Counted from the stretch's first letter, positions 13,061 through 22,815 are shown. The stretch: DNA of 64,000 nt from an uncultured Candidatus Entotheonella sp. (GCA_965217185.1 OZ244252.1:1-64000), one strand, 5' to 3'. The notes: generated by a model from the letters alone, not told the origin. Program-made: numbers and translations.

Positions 13061-14013
13061 GAGTCGGCGTTGTCGGTGTCGGGCATATGGGGCGGTATCA
13101 CGTGGGGCTTTACAGCGAGTTGCCCGACGTCGATTTGGTAGGCGTTGCCGACATCAATCACGGCCGCGTGCATAGCACCGCTCAACAATACAACACCACT
13201 GCCTATACCAATTACCACGACCTCATTGACGAGGTGGACGCCGTCAGCATCGCCGTCCCGACCTCCTTGCACCATCTCGTTGCCAGGGATTTTTTGGACG
13301 CCGGCGTACATGTCCTCCTCGAAAAGCCCATTGCCCACACCATGGACGAAGCCCGCGACCTGTTTGACTTGGCCGAGTCCAGGAACATGGTCCTGCACAT
13401 CGGGCACGTTGAGCGCTTTAACGGCGCGGTGCAAGAACTGAAAAAGATCGTCCACGAACCCCTGATGATCGAAAGCCGCCGACTGGGTCCTTTCGTCCCG
13501 CGCATCAAGGATGACGGGGTAATTCTGGATCTCATGATTCACGATATCGACATCATCCTGGGGCTCGTTCCTTCCCCCATTCAGCGCATACAGGCTTTGG
13601 GCCGATCGGTATACACCGGCAAGGAGGATCTGGCCAACGTGCAGATCTGCTTCCAGAATGGTTGTATCGCCACTCTCCTTGCCTCCCGGGCTACCGAGGT
13701 CAAGGTTCGTACCATGGCGATCACGCAGCCCAATGCCTATATCCTGCTGGATTACACTGATCAGGACATTCGTGTCCATCGCCAAGCCTCTTCGGAGCAC
13801 ATCGTTGCGCGCGGCACGTTGCGCTACAAACAGGAGTCCTTCATCGAGCGCATCTTCGTGCACAAGGACAATCCCCTCAAGCTGGAAATCAAGAGCTTCA
13901 TCGACAGCACCATCCATCAGATCTCGCGGGTGCCTACCGTGGCCGAAGAACTGCACTCGCTGCAGGTGGCCCTGCAAGTCCTCGAAATCCTGGAAAAAGA
14001 CGGTATGTTCTGA
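13045..14013 (+). CDS. Gfo/Idh/MocA oxidoreductase, GnnA-like (UDP-GlcNAc 3-dehydrogenase)
   Basis: GVGHMG, EKP, GHVERFN, DLMIHDID motifs; coupled between lpxA and lpxI. Confidence 0.8.
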   Translation: MEQKLRVGVVGVGHMGRYHVGLYSELPDVDLVGVADINHGRVHSTAQQYNTTAYTNYHDLIDEVDAVSIAVPTSLHHLVARDFLDAGVHVLLEKPIAHTMDEARDLFDLAESRNMVLHIGHVERFNGAVQELKKIVHEPLMIESRRLGPFVPRIKDDGVILDLMIHDIDIILGLVPSPIQRIQALGRSVYTGKEDLANVQICFQNGCIATLLASRATEVKVRTMAITQPNAYILLDYTDQDIRVHRQASSEHIVARGTLRYKQESFIERIFVHKDNPLKLEIKSFIDSTIHQISRVPTVAEELHSLQVALQVLEILEKDGMF

Positions 14014-14053
14014 GCCCACGCGCCGCTGCACGACATGGCGGAGGAGAACGGCC

Positions 14054-14926
14054 ATGGCCGGAGATGATGGCGCCCACCGCCTCGTTTCGGATGCCGCGTG
14101 TGGTTTCGATACGTCGCCGCTCGGCATGATTGCCGGTGCCGGTGACATCCCGCTCCTCATCGCGCGTCAAGCCAGATGCGACGATCGCCCCCTGCCTACC
14201 ATCGCGCTTTCACCGCAAATTGCCGCCGATTTGGCACCGTATTGCCCCATTCTGTGCCAGCACGGTCCCGGTCAACTCAGCAAAATCATCCGTACCTTAC
14301 AGCACTACGACGTGCGCGAGGTCGTTATGGTCGGCAAGGTGGAGAAGCGTTTCCTCTTCCAGACGCCGCGTCTGGACCTGCGAGCCCTGCGCCGCCTCGG
14401 CCAGTTGCCGGATTACCGGGATGTCACCATGATGGAGGCCGTGGCGGATGAGTTTGCCAAGGAGGGCCTGCAGGTGGTCGAGCAGACGCGCCTGCTGGGG
14501 CATTTGCTGACCCCGGAGGGCGTGTTTGGCAGACACCGGCCGGACAGCCGGGCCTGGGAGGATATTGTCTACGGCTTTGCGCAGGCCAAGCAGCTTGCCT
14601 CGATGGATATCGGGCAAACGGTTGTGGTGCGTCGCCGTACGATTCTCGCTGTGGAAGCGTTGGAGGGCACGGATGCGACCATCCGGCGCGGCTGTGCGTA
14701 TGGACGCAGCGCCGTGGTGGTGAAGGTCAACAGGCGGCAGCAGGACATGCGCTTCGACGTGCCCGTTGTTGGGCCGCACACCCTGGCCGCAGCGGCGGAA
14801 GGCCGGGCCGGCGTGTTGGCGGTGGAGGCGGGAACGACCGTTATGCTGCACCTCCCGGAATTGATTGCGACGGCCAACGCCAATCGCCTGGCGTTGGTCG
14901 GGCTCACGCCGGCGCTGCTGCAATAA
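14054..14926 (+). CDS. lpxI: UDP-2,3-diacylglucosamine hydrolase LpxI family (DUF1009)
   Basis: LGMIAGAG, DIGQTVV, AVEALEGTDATI, QDMRFDVPVVG. Confidence 0.93.
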   Translation: MAGDDGAHRLVSDAACGFDTSPLGMIAGAGDIPLLIARQARCDDRPLPTIALSPQIAADLAPYCPILCQHGPGQLSKIIRTLQHYDVREVVMVGKVEKRFLFQTPRLDLRALRRLGQLPDYRDVTMMEAVADEFAKEGLQVVEQTRLLGHLLTPEGVFGRHRPDSRAWEDIVYGFAQAKQLASMDIGQTVVVRRRTILAVEALEGTDATIRRGCAYGRSAVVVKVNRRQQDMRFDVPVVGPHTLAAAAEGRAGVLAVEAGTTVMLHLPELIATANANRLALVGLTPALLQ

Positions 14927-16128
14927 TGCGGCGGGAGAGCGTTATGGACAGTCACGCGCAGGATGCACCGCTTCTCATCATCGCGGGCGAAACCTCGGGC
15001 GATCAGCACGGCGCGGCAATGGCCCGCGTCTTGCGAGAGGACTTCCCGGACCTGTCGATCTTCGGCGTGGGCGGCGAGCACATGCGCGCGGCCGGCGTAG
15101 AAACGCTGTTCGACGTCGAGGCGCTGAACGTGGTGGGTCTCGTCGAAGTGCTCGCCAAGGTTCCCTCGGGCCTGTTGATGGCGCGTCGCCTTTTGCAAGC
15201 CGCTCGTGAGCGCGGTGTCCGTGTGGTGGTGCTGATCGACGCGCCGGGCTTTAATTTGCCCTTTGCCCGCTGGGCCAAACAGGCGGGTTTGCAGGTCGTC
15301 TACTACGTTAGCCCGCAGATTTGGGCTTGGCGTCAGAACCGCATTCACAAGGTGGCGCGCCGCGTGGACAAGATGCTGACGCTGTTCCCGTTTGAGGTGC
15401 CGTTCTACGCCGCTGCCGGGGTCGATGCCGAATATGTCGGGCACCCGCTCCTCGATTGCCTGCCCGGCCTGCCGGACCGCAGCCAAGCCGCCCAGACGCT
15501 GGGATTGGACACACAACGGCCCATCGTCGCCCTGCTCCCCGGCAGCCGCCGTCGGGAAGTGGAGCTTTTGCTGCAACCCATGCTCGCGGCGTTAAGCCTG
15601 ATCCGACACGATCTGCCCGAGGTGCAGGGCGTTCTGCCAGTGGCGCCGACCGTGGCGGAGACGGTGCAGCAGATCGTATCCGGGTTTCCCGGCGCGCTTA
15701 CGGTGGTCAGCCAACAGAGCCTGACGGCGTTCTCCGCGGCCGATTTCGCACTCGTTGCTTCCGGCACGGCGACCCTGGAAGCGGGACTCATTGGCGCTCC
15801 CATGGTGATCGTCTACCGTGTCAACCGCCTCACCGCATGGCTGGCCAGGCGGCTTCTGCGGGTCCCTTGCGTCGGGCTCATCAACATTGTCGCCGGGCAC
15901 CGAGTCGTTCCCGAATTGCTACAGGAAGCGGTATCTCCGCGCGCCATGGCCGCCGCGGCCTTGAGCGTCCTGCGGGATCCTGTCGAAGCCCGGCGCATCA
16001 GAGGAGAACTGACGGCGCTGCGTGCAACGATGGGCGAAGGCGGCAGCAGCCGCCGAGCGGCCGCAAGCGTCGGCGCGGTCCTGCGCCAGGCGCGTGACCG
16101 GCACACGGACGTTCGGGTGCCCGAATGA
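14926..16128 (+). CDS. lpxB: Lipid-A-disaccharide synthase
   Basis: AGETSGD, IDAPGFN, YVSPQIWAWR, LLPGSR, ASGTATLE. Confidence 0.97.
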   Translation: MRRESVMDSHAQDAPLLIIAGETSGDQHGAAMARVLREDFPDLSIFGVGGEHMRAAGVETLFDVEALNVVGLVEVLAKVPSGLLMARRLLQAARERGVRVVVLIDAPGFNLPFARWAKQAGLQVVYYVSPQIWAWRQNRIHKVARRVDKMLTLFPFEVPFYAAAGVDAEYVGHPLLDCLPGLPDRSQAAQTLGLDTQRPIVALLPGSRRREVELLLQPMLAALSLIRHDLPEVQGVLPVAPTVAETVQQIVSGFPGALTVVSQQSLTAFSAADFALVASGTATLEAGLIGAPMVIVYRVNRLTAWLARRLLRVPCVGLINIVAGHRVVPELLQEAVSPRAMAAAALSVLRDPVEARRIRGELTALRATMGEGGSSRRAAASVGAVLRQARDRHTDVRVPE

Positions 16129-16805
16129 GATCGCTTGGGGTGCTGCTGAGTTCGTCCCCCGTGGCGAGGCGTGCCGTTGTGCGGCTCCTCAGTTGGCTGT
16201 TGCGTGGGCTCTTTGTCACGCTGCGCCCCGAGTACGTTCAGCGGCAGGTCGAGCAGCGGGTGCAGGGCGCCCGGACGCCGATCCTGTTGACCTTCTGGCA
16301 TGGGCGCATGCTGTATTTCCTGAAGCTGTACGAGTACCTCGGAGCGCGGTTGACGATTCTCGTCAGCCACAGCCGCGATGGCGAATTGGTGACGCAACTG
16401 TTGTCGCGCTTCGGCGTGCCGACGACCCGCGGTTCCACGACCCGAGGCGGCGCCCGCGGGCTCCTGACCGTCGTCAACAAGGTGCGAAGCGGCAACCACG
16501 CCGGCTTCACCCCGGATGGTCCGCGCGGCCCGCGTTACCAGGTGCAGCCCGGCCTGATCCTGGTGGCCAAACGAACCGGCGCTCCCATTTTGCCGATGAC
16601 CTTCGGCGCTCAATGGAAACGAGTGCTGGCAAGCTGGGACGCCTTTCTGCTGCCTCTGCCCTTCAGCCGCATCGTGGTGGTTTACGGCGAACCGATCTAC
16701 GTGCCGGCCGACGCCTCCGCCGCCGACCTGGAGGCCAAGCGCCGGGAGGTCGAGACCAGCCTTCGGTGTATCACGGAAACGGCCGACAACTACTTCATAG
16801 CCTGA
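16125..16805 (+). CDS. DUF374 / lysophospholipid acyltransferase-family protein
   Basis: FWHGR, SHSRDGE, RGSTTRGG, TPDGPRGP, SWD.F.LPLPF. Confidence 0.9.
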   Translation: MRSLGVLLSSSPVARRAVVRLLSWLLRGLFVTLRPEYVQRQVEQRVQGARTPILLTFWHGRMLYFLKLYEYLGARLTILVSHSRDGELVTQLLSRFGVPTTRGSTTRGGARGLLTVVNKVRSGNHAGFTPDGPRGPRYQVQPGLILVAKRTGAPILPMTFGAQWKRVLASWDAFLLPLPFSRIVVVYGEPIYVPADASAADLEAKRREVETSLRCITETADNYFIA

Positions 16806-18089
16806 ATGTCTGTCCTCTATACCCTTATCCTCATCGGTGCCGGCATCGCCTCGCTGCCGTATCTTCTGTGGCGCTGCCTGCGCGGCGCGACCTATCTGCA
16901 GGACCTGTCCGAGCGCTTTGGTGGCGTTTCCTTTCCGCATGAAGAGCCGGAGGGGTGCCTCTGGTTCCACGCGGCATCCGTGGGCGAGGTGCAGGGGTTA
17001 CAGCCGATCATTGCCGCCTTGCACGGTCGTTTTCCGTCACGGCCCGTGGTGCTCTCCACGTTTACCCCTACCGGTAAGGCGCTGGCGCAGAAAGTGGTTC
17101 CGCAGGCTGCGCGGGTGTTCCTGCTGCCGGTTGATTTGCCCTGGATCGTTGGCGGGATGGCACGACGCTTGCGTCCCAGCGCCCTGATCGTGCAGGAGAC
17201 GGAACTGTGGCCGAACCTGTTTCGCGAACTAGGGCGGTTGCGCGTGCCCATTGTGCTGGTGAACGGGCGTCTTTCGCCGCGTTCCTTTCGCAGATACGCC
17301 CGGGTTCGTCCGTTCATGCGCCGCGTGCTGGCCAATGTGTCGCTGATTCTGGCGCAGTCCGATAGCAGTGCGCAGCGGTTTCAGCGCCTTGGCGTGCCCG
17401 CGCACAAGGTCCAAACGGTGGGAAACACCAACATCGACCGGGCACTGAATCAGGCTGAGCAACCCACACCGCCGCATCCCATGGCTCCCCTTTTGGCAGC
17501 CAGGCAGGTGCTGGTCGCCGGCAGCACGCACGAAGGCGAGGAGGCAATCCTGCTGTCGGTGTACCAGCGTTTGCGCGCGCAGTATCCCGGCCTCTGCCTG
17601 GTTTTGGCGCCGCGCCATCTCGAACGGGTCGAAACCGTTGCTCGACACGTTCAGGCTCGCAATTTATCAGCCATCCGACGGTCCCGACATCCCGGTGAAT
17701 CCGCCTCTGACTTGTGGCCTGACGTGATCATTCTCGACACCCTGGGCGAACTCGTCGCTTTCTACAGGTTGTGCACCGTGGCCTTCGTCGGCGGCAGTCT
17801 GGCGCCCATCGGCGGACACAACATCCTGGAGCCGGTCATGTTTGCCAAGCCCGTGCTGTTCGGTCCACACATGCATCACTTCCCGGAACTGGCAGACCTG
17901 CTGCGCAACGCCGACGGTGCCATCCAGGTGCGCGATGAGAACGATCTGTACACGCATACGGCGCACCTGCTTGCGAACCCCGCCGAAGCCGCCGCCATGG
18001 GTCAACGCTCTCTCCGGGCTCTCGGTTCCAACCGCGGTGCGCTGCAGCGCACCTGCGAGGCGCTTGCCGAAGTGATCGGAAGTACGTAG
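16806..18089 (+). CDS. waaA: Kdo transferase
   Basis: WFHAASVGE, ETELWPN, AGSTHEGEE, APRHLER, FVGGSL..GGHNILEP. Confidence 0.96.
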   Translation: MSVLYTLILIGAGIASLPYLLWRCLRGATYLQDLSERFGGVSFPHEEPEGCLWFHAASVGEVQGLQPIIAALHGRFPSRPVVLSTFTPTGKALAQKVVPQAARVFLLPVDLPWIVGGMARRLRPSALIVQETELWPNLFRELGRLRVPIVLVNGRLSPRSFRRYARVRPFMRRVLANVSLILAQSDSSAQRFQRLGVPAHKVQTVGNTNIDRALNQAEQPTPPHPMAPLLAARQVLVAGSTHEGEEAILLSVYQRLRAQYPGLCLVLAPRHLERVETVARHVQARNLSAIRRSRHPGESASDLWPDVIILDTLGELVAFYRLCTVAFVGGSLAPIGGHNILEPVMFAKPVLFGPHMHHFPELADLLRNADGAIQVRDENDLYTHTAHLLANPAEAAAMGQRSLRALGSNRGALQRTCEALAEVIGST

Positions 18090-18157
18090 GACTTTAACGG
18101 TGAGTTGAAATTTTTTCGTATCGAAGTGAATCATGAAGGGGCTACCGGCAGCTTCAA

Positions 18158-18248
18158 GTGGGTCCGGTTAGCCGAAGGCGTAACTCGACAGCAGGAGCCT
18201 GTGGAGCGCGGTGGAATGTCGGATTACGCTTCGCTAATCCGACCTACA
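18158..18248. repeat. Inverted REP pair (REPIN-like): degenerate copy 18158-18190 and consensus copy 18211-18248
   Basis: GTGGGTCCGGTTAGCCGAAGGCGTAACTCGACA faces GTGGAATGTCGGATTACGCTTCGCTAATCCGACCTACA. Confidence 0.75.
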
Positions 18249-18350
18249 GTTGGAGGCCGGTCCGGCGGGTTGACACAACATGTCCGGACGCGAAATAATT
18301 GCCCCTTCATTGCATACAGTGGCGTGAATTCATCAAGGAGCAGCATCCTT

Positions 18351-19385
18351 ATGGCGATTCGTATTGGCGTGATCGGGGCGGGCAACAACACCCGCGTGCG
18401 GCATATTCCGGGGTTGCGGGCCATTGACGGCGTTGAGGTGGTCAGCGTCTGCAACCGCAGCCGCGAGTCCTCGCAACGAGTGGCGGGGGCCATGTCGATC
18501 CCGCAGGTGTATGACGATTGGCGGGAATTGATCGCCGCCAATGATATCGACGCGGTGGTGATCGGCACGTGGCCGTACATGCACTGCGAGATGACCTGCG
18601 CCGCGTTGGAAGCGGGCAAGCACGTTATGTGCGAAGCGCGCATGGCGAAGAATCCGGAGGAGGCCCGTACCATGCTCGCCACCGCGCAGGCGCACCCGGA
18701 CTTGGTGGCGCAAATCGTGCCGTCGCCGTTTACCTTGCGCGTCGACCGCACCATCCAGGACTTGCTGGCCGACGGCTATCTGGGCGAGCTGTACAACATG
18801 ACGGTGCGCGGCACCGTGCCGAGCTTCGTTGATCCCGAGGCGCCGCTCACCTGGCGGCAGCGGCAGGACCGCAGCGGCCTCAATATCCTCAACATGGGCA
18901 TCTGGTACGAGGCCGTCATCCGCTGGGTGGGGCCCGCCGCAAACGTCTTTGCGCGTTCCCAAATCCTGGTGCCGCAACGCCACGACCCGGAGACCAACGC
19001 ACCCTTTCAGGTCGACGTCCCGGATCACGTCAATATCATCGCCGACCTGGCGCGCGGTGGTCAGGCCACCTTTGAATTCAGCTCGGTGTGCGGTTTGGCT
19101 CAGGAACCCGGCGCTTGGCTCTTCGGCAGCGCCGGCACCCTGCACTACGACCAGATGAGCAACAAGCTGTTCGGCGGCCGTAAAGGCGACCTGGGGCTGC
19201 AGGAAATCGACGTCGCCCCGAAGAAGGCGGGCAGTTGGCGTGTGGAGGAAGAATTTATTGGCGCCATCCGCGGTCAGGAAGAGATCGTCCTGACGGACTT
19301 TGCTACCGGCGTGAAGTACATGGAATTCACCGCCGCGGTACATAAAAGCGCGGCTACCGGCCAGATCGTGCCCGTGCCTGCATAG
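18351..19385 (+). CDS. Gfo/Idh/MocA family NAD(P)-dependent oxidoreductase
   Basis: IGVIGAG, AGKHVMCEARMA; AAGGAG upstream of ATG 18351. Confidence 0.88.
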   Translation: MAIRIGVIGAGNNTRVRHIPGLRAIDGVEVVSVCNRSRESSQRVAGAMSIPQVYDDWRELIAANDIDAVVIGTWPYMHCEMTCAALEAGKHVMCEARMAKNPEEARTMLATAQAHPDLVAQIVPSPFTLRVDRTIQDLLADGYLGELYNMTVRGTVPSFVDPEAPLTWRQRQDRSGLNILNMGIWYEAVIRWVGPAANVFARSQILVPQRHDPETNAPFQVDVPDHVNIIADLARGGQATFEFSSVCGLAQEPGAWLFGSAGTLHYDQMSNKLFGGRKGDLGLQEIDVAPKKAGSWRVEEEFIGAIRGQEEIVLTDFATGVKYMEFTAAVHKSAATGQIVPVPA

Positions 19386-19427
19386 GTTTACGGGTGAGGC
19401 AGAACCATTGTGAGCAGGGGAGGGCCA

Positions 19428-19973
19428 GTGGGGAATCCACAGCGCGATCATCCGGGCGCCGACATGCAAGGCTTCGTGCGCGAATTGGTGGACTTCGTCG
19501 GCCTCACCGACGACGACGCGGCGCTCATTCGTCGCACCGCCCCGATTGTGTTGCAGCACGAACGCCAGATCACCGATGCTCTGTACGGACACTTTCTGAA
19601 GTTCCCGTCCACCGCGCGCTTCTTCCTGGCCGACGACGGCAGCCCGGACCCCCAACGGCTCGAACGGCGCAAGCACAGCCTGGCGCGCTGGCTGCGTGAG
19701 ACCGCCGAGGTGGCGATGACGCACGATTTTGTCTACTACCTGCTCGCTGTCAGCCTGTCGCACAGCCACCGGCAGCACGGCCCCGGCGGCAAGGTGCCGC
19801 CGCAGTTCATGGTGGGCGCCATGAGTTTGGCGCAGACGGCCTTTGCCGGGTTGTTCCGGGAAGCCTTGGATACGTCCGATGCCTTGGACGCCACCGTGGC
19901 GTGGAACAAGCTGTTGCTGGTCCATCTGAACGTCCTGTTGCTTGGCTATTTCCTGCCGCAGCCAGCCGAATAG
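19428..19973 (+). CDS. Stand-alone protoglobin / globin-sensor-domain protein
   Basis: FVGLTDDDAALI N-terminus, B10-like LY, candidate proximal His in VSLSH, AWNKLL H-helix. Confidence 0.8.
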   Translation: MGNPQRDHPGADMQGFVRELVDFVGLTDDDAALIRRTAPIVLQHERQITDALYGHFLKFPSTARFFLADDGSPDPQRLERRKHSLARWLRETAEVAMTHDFVYYLLAVSLSHSHRQHGPGGKVPPQFMVGAMSLAQTAFAGLFREALDTSDALDATVAWNKLLLVHLNVLLLGYFLPQPAE

Positions 19974-19990
19974 CGCCAGATGGGACGGGC

Positions 19991-21130
19991 ATGCGAATAA
20001 TCGATATGCGCCGCGACGGCTGGCGCCGTGCCGTGTATGACGGCATGCAGGGGCTGCCGGTGCCGTTCTGGGTTCGTGCGGGCCTGTCGCCGCTGTGGCT
20101 GGCTTCTCAGGGCTACCGGGTCGCGGCGGGGGCGCACCGGATGGGTTACACGTCGGGCGTGCGTCGGCGTCGGCGGCTGCCGTGTCCTGTGATCAGCATC
20201 GGCAATCTCACCCTCGGTGGCACGGGGAAGACGCCACTCACCGAATGGACAGCACAGTGGTATCAGCGTCAAGGCTGGCGTGTGGCGGTGTTGAGCCGGG
20301 GATACGGCGGCACGTCAACCGAGCAGCCGCAGGTCGTGTCGGCGGGCGATGGACCCGTGACGGATTGGCGCACCGCGGGCGATGAAGCCTTTCTCCTGGC
20401 CCACCGTTTGCCGGGGGTGCCGGTGCTTGTCGGGCGCAACCGTTATGCGAGTGGCCTTTACGCCTGTGAACGATTCGGCGCGCAGGTGCTGGTGCTCGAC
20501 GACGGGTTCCAGCATCACGCCTTGCACCGCGATTGCGACATCGTGTTGATTGACGCCAGCAATCCGTTCGGCCACGGCGCTCTGCTGCCGCGCGGCACGC
20601 TGCGCGAGCCGCTGCACGCATTGCGGCGGGCGCAGGTCATCGTGCTGAGCAGGATTGAAACGGCCGGGGACGAGGTGCCGGGGCTTTGCGAGCAGATCAG
20701 GCGCTACGCCGGCCGGCAACCGATTTACCGCATGGCCGTCAGCCCACACGACCTGTATCGCCAAGACACAGGCTGCTCAGTGGATGCGTCCTGGCTTCAG
20801 CAGCGCCGCGTGGTGGCGTTCGCGGGTCTTGGCAATCCGCGAGCCTTCTCTGCCAGCCTCGCGCAGTGCAGGGCGCGGGTAGCGGCGTTTCTGGCGTTCC
20901 CGGATCATCATCCCTATACCTCGGCAGACTGGCAGGCCATTTGCGATGCTGCTCGCCGCGAGGGAGCGGAAGCCTTGGTCACCACGGAGAAAGACGCCGT
21001 TCGTCTCGATGCGGCCTGGCCGCCGCCGGTACCGCTTTACACGCTGCGCATCTACGTCGAACTTACCCCACACGATCCGCCGTTAACCACCCATCTGGAC
21101 GCGCTCATGCATCATGCAACGCCTTGCTGA
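19991..21130 (+). CDS. lpxK: Tetraacyldisaccharide 4'-kinase
   Basis: SIGNLTLGGTGKTP, SRGYG, GDE, LDDGFQH, FPDHH, TTEKDAV. Confidence 0.96.
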   Translation: MRIIDMRRDGWRRAVYDGMQGLPVPFWVRAGLSPLWLASQGYRVAAGAHRMGYTSGVRRRRRLPCPVISIGNLTLGGTGKTPLTEWTAQWYQRQGWRVAVLSRGYGGTSTEQPQVVSAGDGPVTDWRTAGDEAFLLAHRLPGVPVLVGRNRYASGLYACERFGAQVLVLDDGFQHHALHRDCDIVLIDASNPFGHGALLPRGTLREPLHALRRAQVIVLSRIETAGDEVPGLCEQIRRYAGRQPIYRMAVSPHDLYRQDTGCSVDASWLQQRRVVAFAGLGNPRAFSASLAQCRARVAAFLAFPDHHPYTSADWQAICDAARREGAEALVTTEKDAVRLDAAWPPPVPLYTLRIYVELTPHDPPLTTHLDALMHHATPC

Positions 21131-21998
21131 ATCTTTTGCCAACGGCCTGCTCGCGGCGGTGACCGCCGTTCTGACGCACCTACCGCGGCGTCCGGCCTAC
21201 TGGCTGGGCGCGCGCATTGGCGACTTGGCGTACCTGTGTCTCGCCCGGCGCCGGCGGGTTGCGCTGGACAATCTCGAGATCGCTTTCGGCGGCGAGAAAT
21301 CGGCCGCCGAGCGCCGCGCCATTGCTCGCGCCACGTTCCGCAATCTCGGCGAGCATCTGATCGATTTCAGCCGCATGCGCCGGTTGACGCCGGATACGTT
21401 CTCATCGGTGTGCACGATCGAGGGTCTTGAGCGTGTTGAACAACTCCTGGCGCGCCGAGCCGGGCTGCTCATGCTTTCGGCGCATTTCGGAAGCTGGGAG
21501 CTGGCCTCGGCCATCGCACTGCGTCTGGCGCCCCGCATGCACGTGATTGTCAGACCTCTGGACAATCCTGCCCTGGCCCGCCTGGTTGACGCCTACCGGC
21601 GTTACAGCGGCTACCACGCTATCCCGAAGAACCAGGCGCTGTCTGCCAGCCTCAAGGCGCTGCGACGCGGCGAAATCGTCGGCCTGCTCATGGATCAGAG
21701 CAGCCTGCGGCATGAGGGTATCCCGGTGCCGTTCTTCGGGACCGATGCGTACACCTCGATCGGCCCGGCACTGATGGCCTTGCGTGCCGGGTGCCCGGTC
21801 ATCGGCGTCTTCATGGTTCGGCAGGGTCTCGGAAAGCACCGGCTGGTGTTCAGCGAGGAAATTCCGATCCAACGCAGCGGCAATCTGCGGCAGGACATCG
21901 CGGACAACACGCGGCGTTTCAACCAGCTTATCGAGTCGTACGTGCGGGCGTACCCGGATCACTGGTTCTGGCTGCATCGCCGCTGGAAAAAGCGGTAG
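21114..21998 (+). CDS. lpxL: Lipid A late acyltransferase (LpxL/HtrB family)
   Basis: AHFGSWE, LMDQ, VPFFG, PDHWFWLHRRWK. Confidence 0.9.
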   Translation: MQRLAESFANGLLAAVTAVLTHLPRRPAYWLGARIGDLAYLCLARRRRVALDNLEIAFGGEKSAAERRAIARATFRNLGEHLIDFSRMRRLTPDTFSSVCTIEGLERVEQLLARRAGLLMLSAHFGSWELASAIALRLAPRMHVIVRPLDNPALARLVDAYRRYSGYHAIPKNQALSASLKALRRGEIVGLLMDQSSLRHEGIPVPFFGTDAYTSIGPALMALRAGCPVIGVFMVRQGLGKHRLVFSEEIPIQRSGNLRQDIADNTRRFNQLIESYVRAYPDHWFWLHRRWKKR

Positions 21999-22016
21999 GG
22001 TCGTCCGACGTCGTCT

Positions 22017-22190
22017 GCCTACAATATGTTGGCCGTGGATGCCGCTGTCTTCAGAGCGGGGGGCAAGCTCATGCACCGGTGATCGGGCACCCTGACGCAG
22101 GACGCCATAATCGCCACCGTAGCCATCTTGCACCGGCTGATTGTGGCGGCCCGGAACGTCCGCGATTATGGAGCCGTCTGGGGCAGGGAT
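22017..22190 (+). pseudogene. C-terminal remnant of a PIN/VapC (FitB-like) toxin
   Basis: Reads AYNMLAVDAAVFRAGGKLMHR*SGTLTQDAIIATVAILHRLIVAARNVRDY, matching the VapC DA.IAATA..H...V.TRNV.DF pattern; in-frame TGA at 22080. Confidence 0.7.
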
Positions 22191-22815
22191 GGCTTTGCAC
22201 AAACAGTCGCTGACCAGTGGGACTTTTTGCGCAACATGATTTTCCGCACAGAAGACCCGCCGTGCCGGGTACCAGACGAGTCGGAATACGCTCAACCTGT
22301 GATACTATTCTTCAAGTCCCACTACCCTGGAGGCTACCCACCATGTGGAACTGGACTAAAGAACAAGCAGGGCCCATAGCGGCAATTGCCACTGTCCTCA
22401 TCGTATTTACCGGCCTCATCCAATTCGGCGTCATCAATCCCATGCACCAGCGCTTTGACGCCATCAACCAGCGCTTCGACGCTCAGGACAAGTACATCAA
22501 CCAGCGTTTTGACGCAGTCGATCGGCGCTTTGACGCTCAGGATAAGTACATCAACCAGCGTTTCGACGCTCAGGATAAGTACATCAATCAGCGCTTCGAC
22601 GCTCAGGACAAGCACATCGAGGACCTCGCCAAGGGCGTTTCAGACCTCCGCAAGCTCGGCGAACGCGTCTCCCGGAACGAAGGAGAGATCGACGTCATCA
22701 GGCAGCAGTTGCAAACCGCCGACGTGCCCTCGCCCTGAACCCCATGCAAGCCCGCCTAATTCAGACAGAACTTGGCACCCAATACGCAAGGCGTAACTGA
22801 TTTTTGTGCAAAGCC
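22191..22815. mobile_element. Non-autonomous TIR-bounded element carrying a passenger gene
   Basis: Perfect 13-bp inverted ends GGCTTTGCACAAA (22191-22203) / TTTGTGCAAAGCC (22803-22815); 9-bp flanks GGCAGGGAT / GGGAGGGGT match at 7 of 9 positions. Confidence 0.65.
22343..22738 (+). CDS. Membrane-anchored coiled-coil protein with 7/11-residue QRFDA(QDKY) repeats, copy 1
   Basis: GGAGG RBS, one hydrophobic helix, tandem 21/33-bp repeats; paralog at 63656. Confidence 0.85.
   Translation: MWNWTKEQAGPIAAIATVLIVFTGLIQFGVINPMHQRFDAINQRFDAQDKYINQRFDAVDRRFDAQDKYINQRFDAQDKYINQRFDAQDKHIEDLAKGVSDLRKLGERVSRNEGEIDVIRQQLQTADVPSP

Noticed and set aside
21995..22022. GTAGG...CCTAC palindrome as an additional REP
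   Set aside because: The interior does not match the REP consensus, and it overlaps the lpxL stop and vapC remnant
22441..22620. Tandem 21/33-bp repeats as CRISPR array or DGR template/variable repeat
   Set aside because: No unique spacers; differences are mostly synonymous third-position changes in a coding frame; no cas or RT genes
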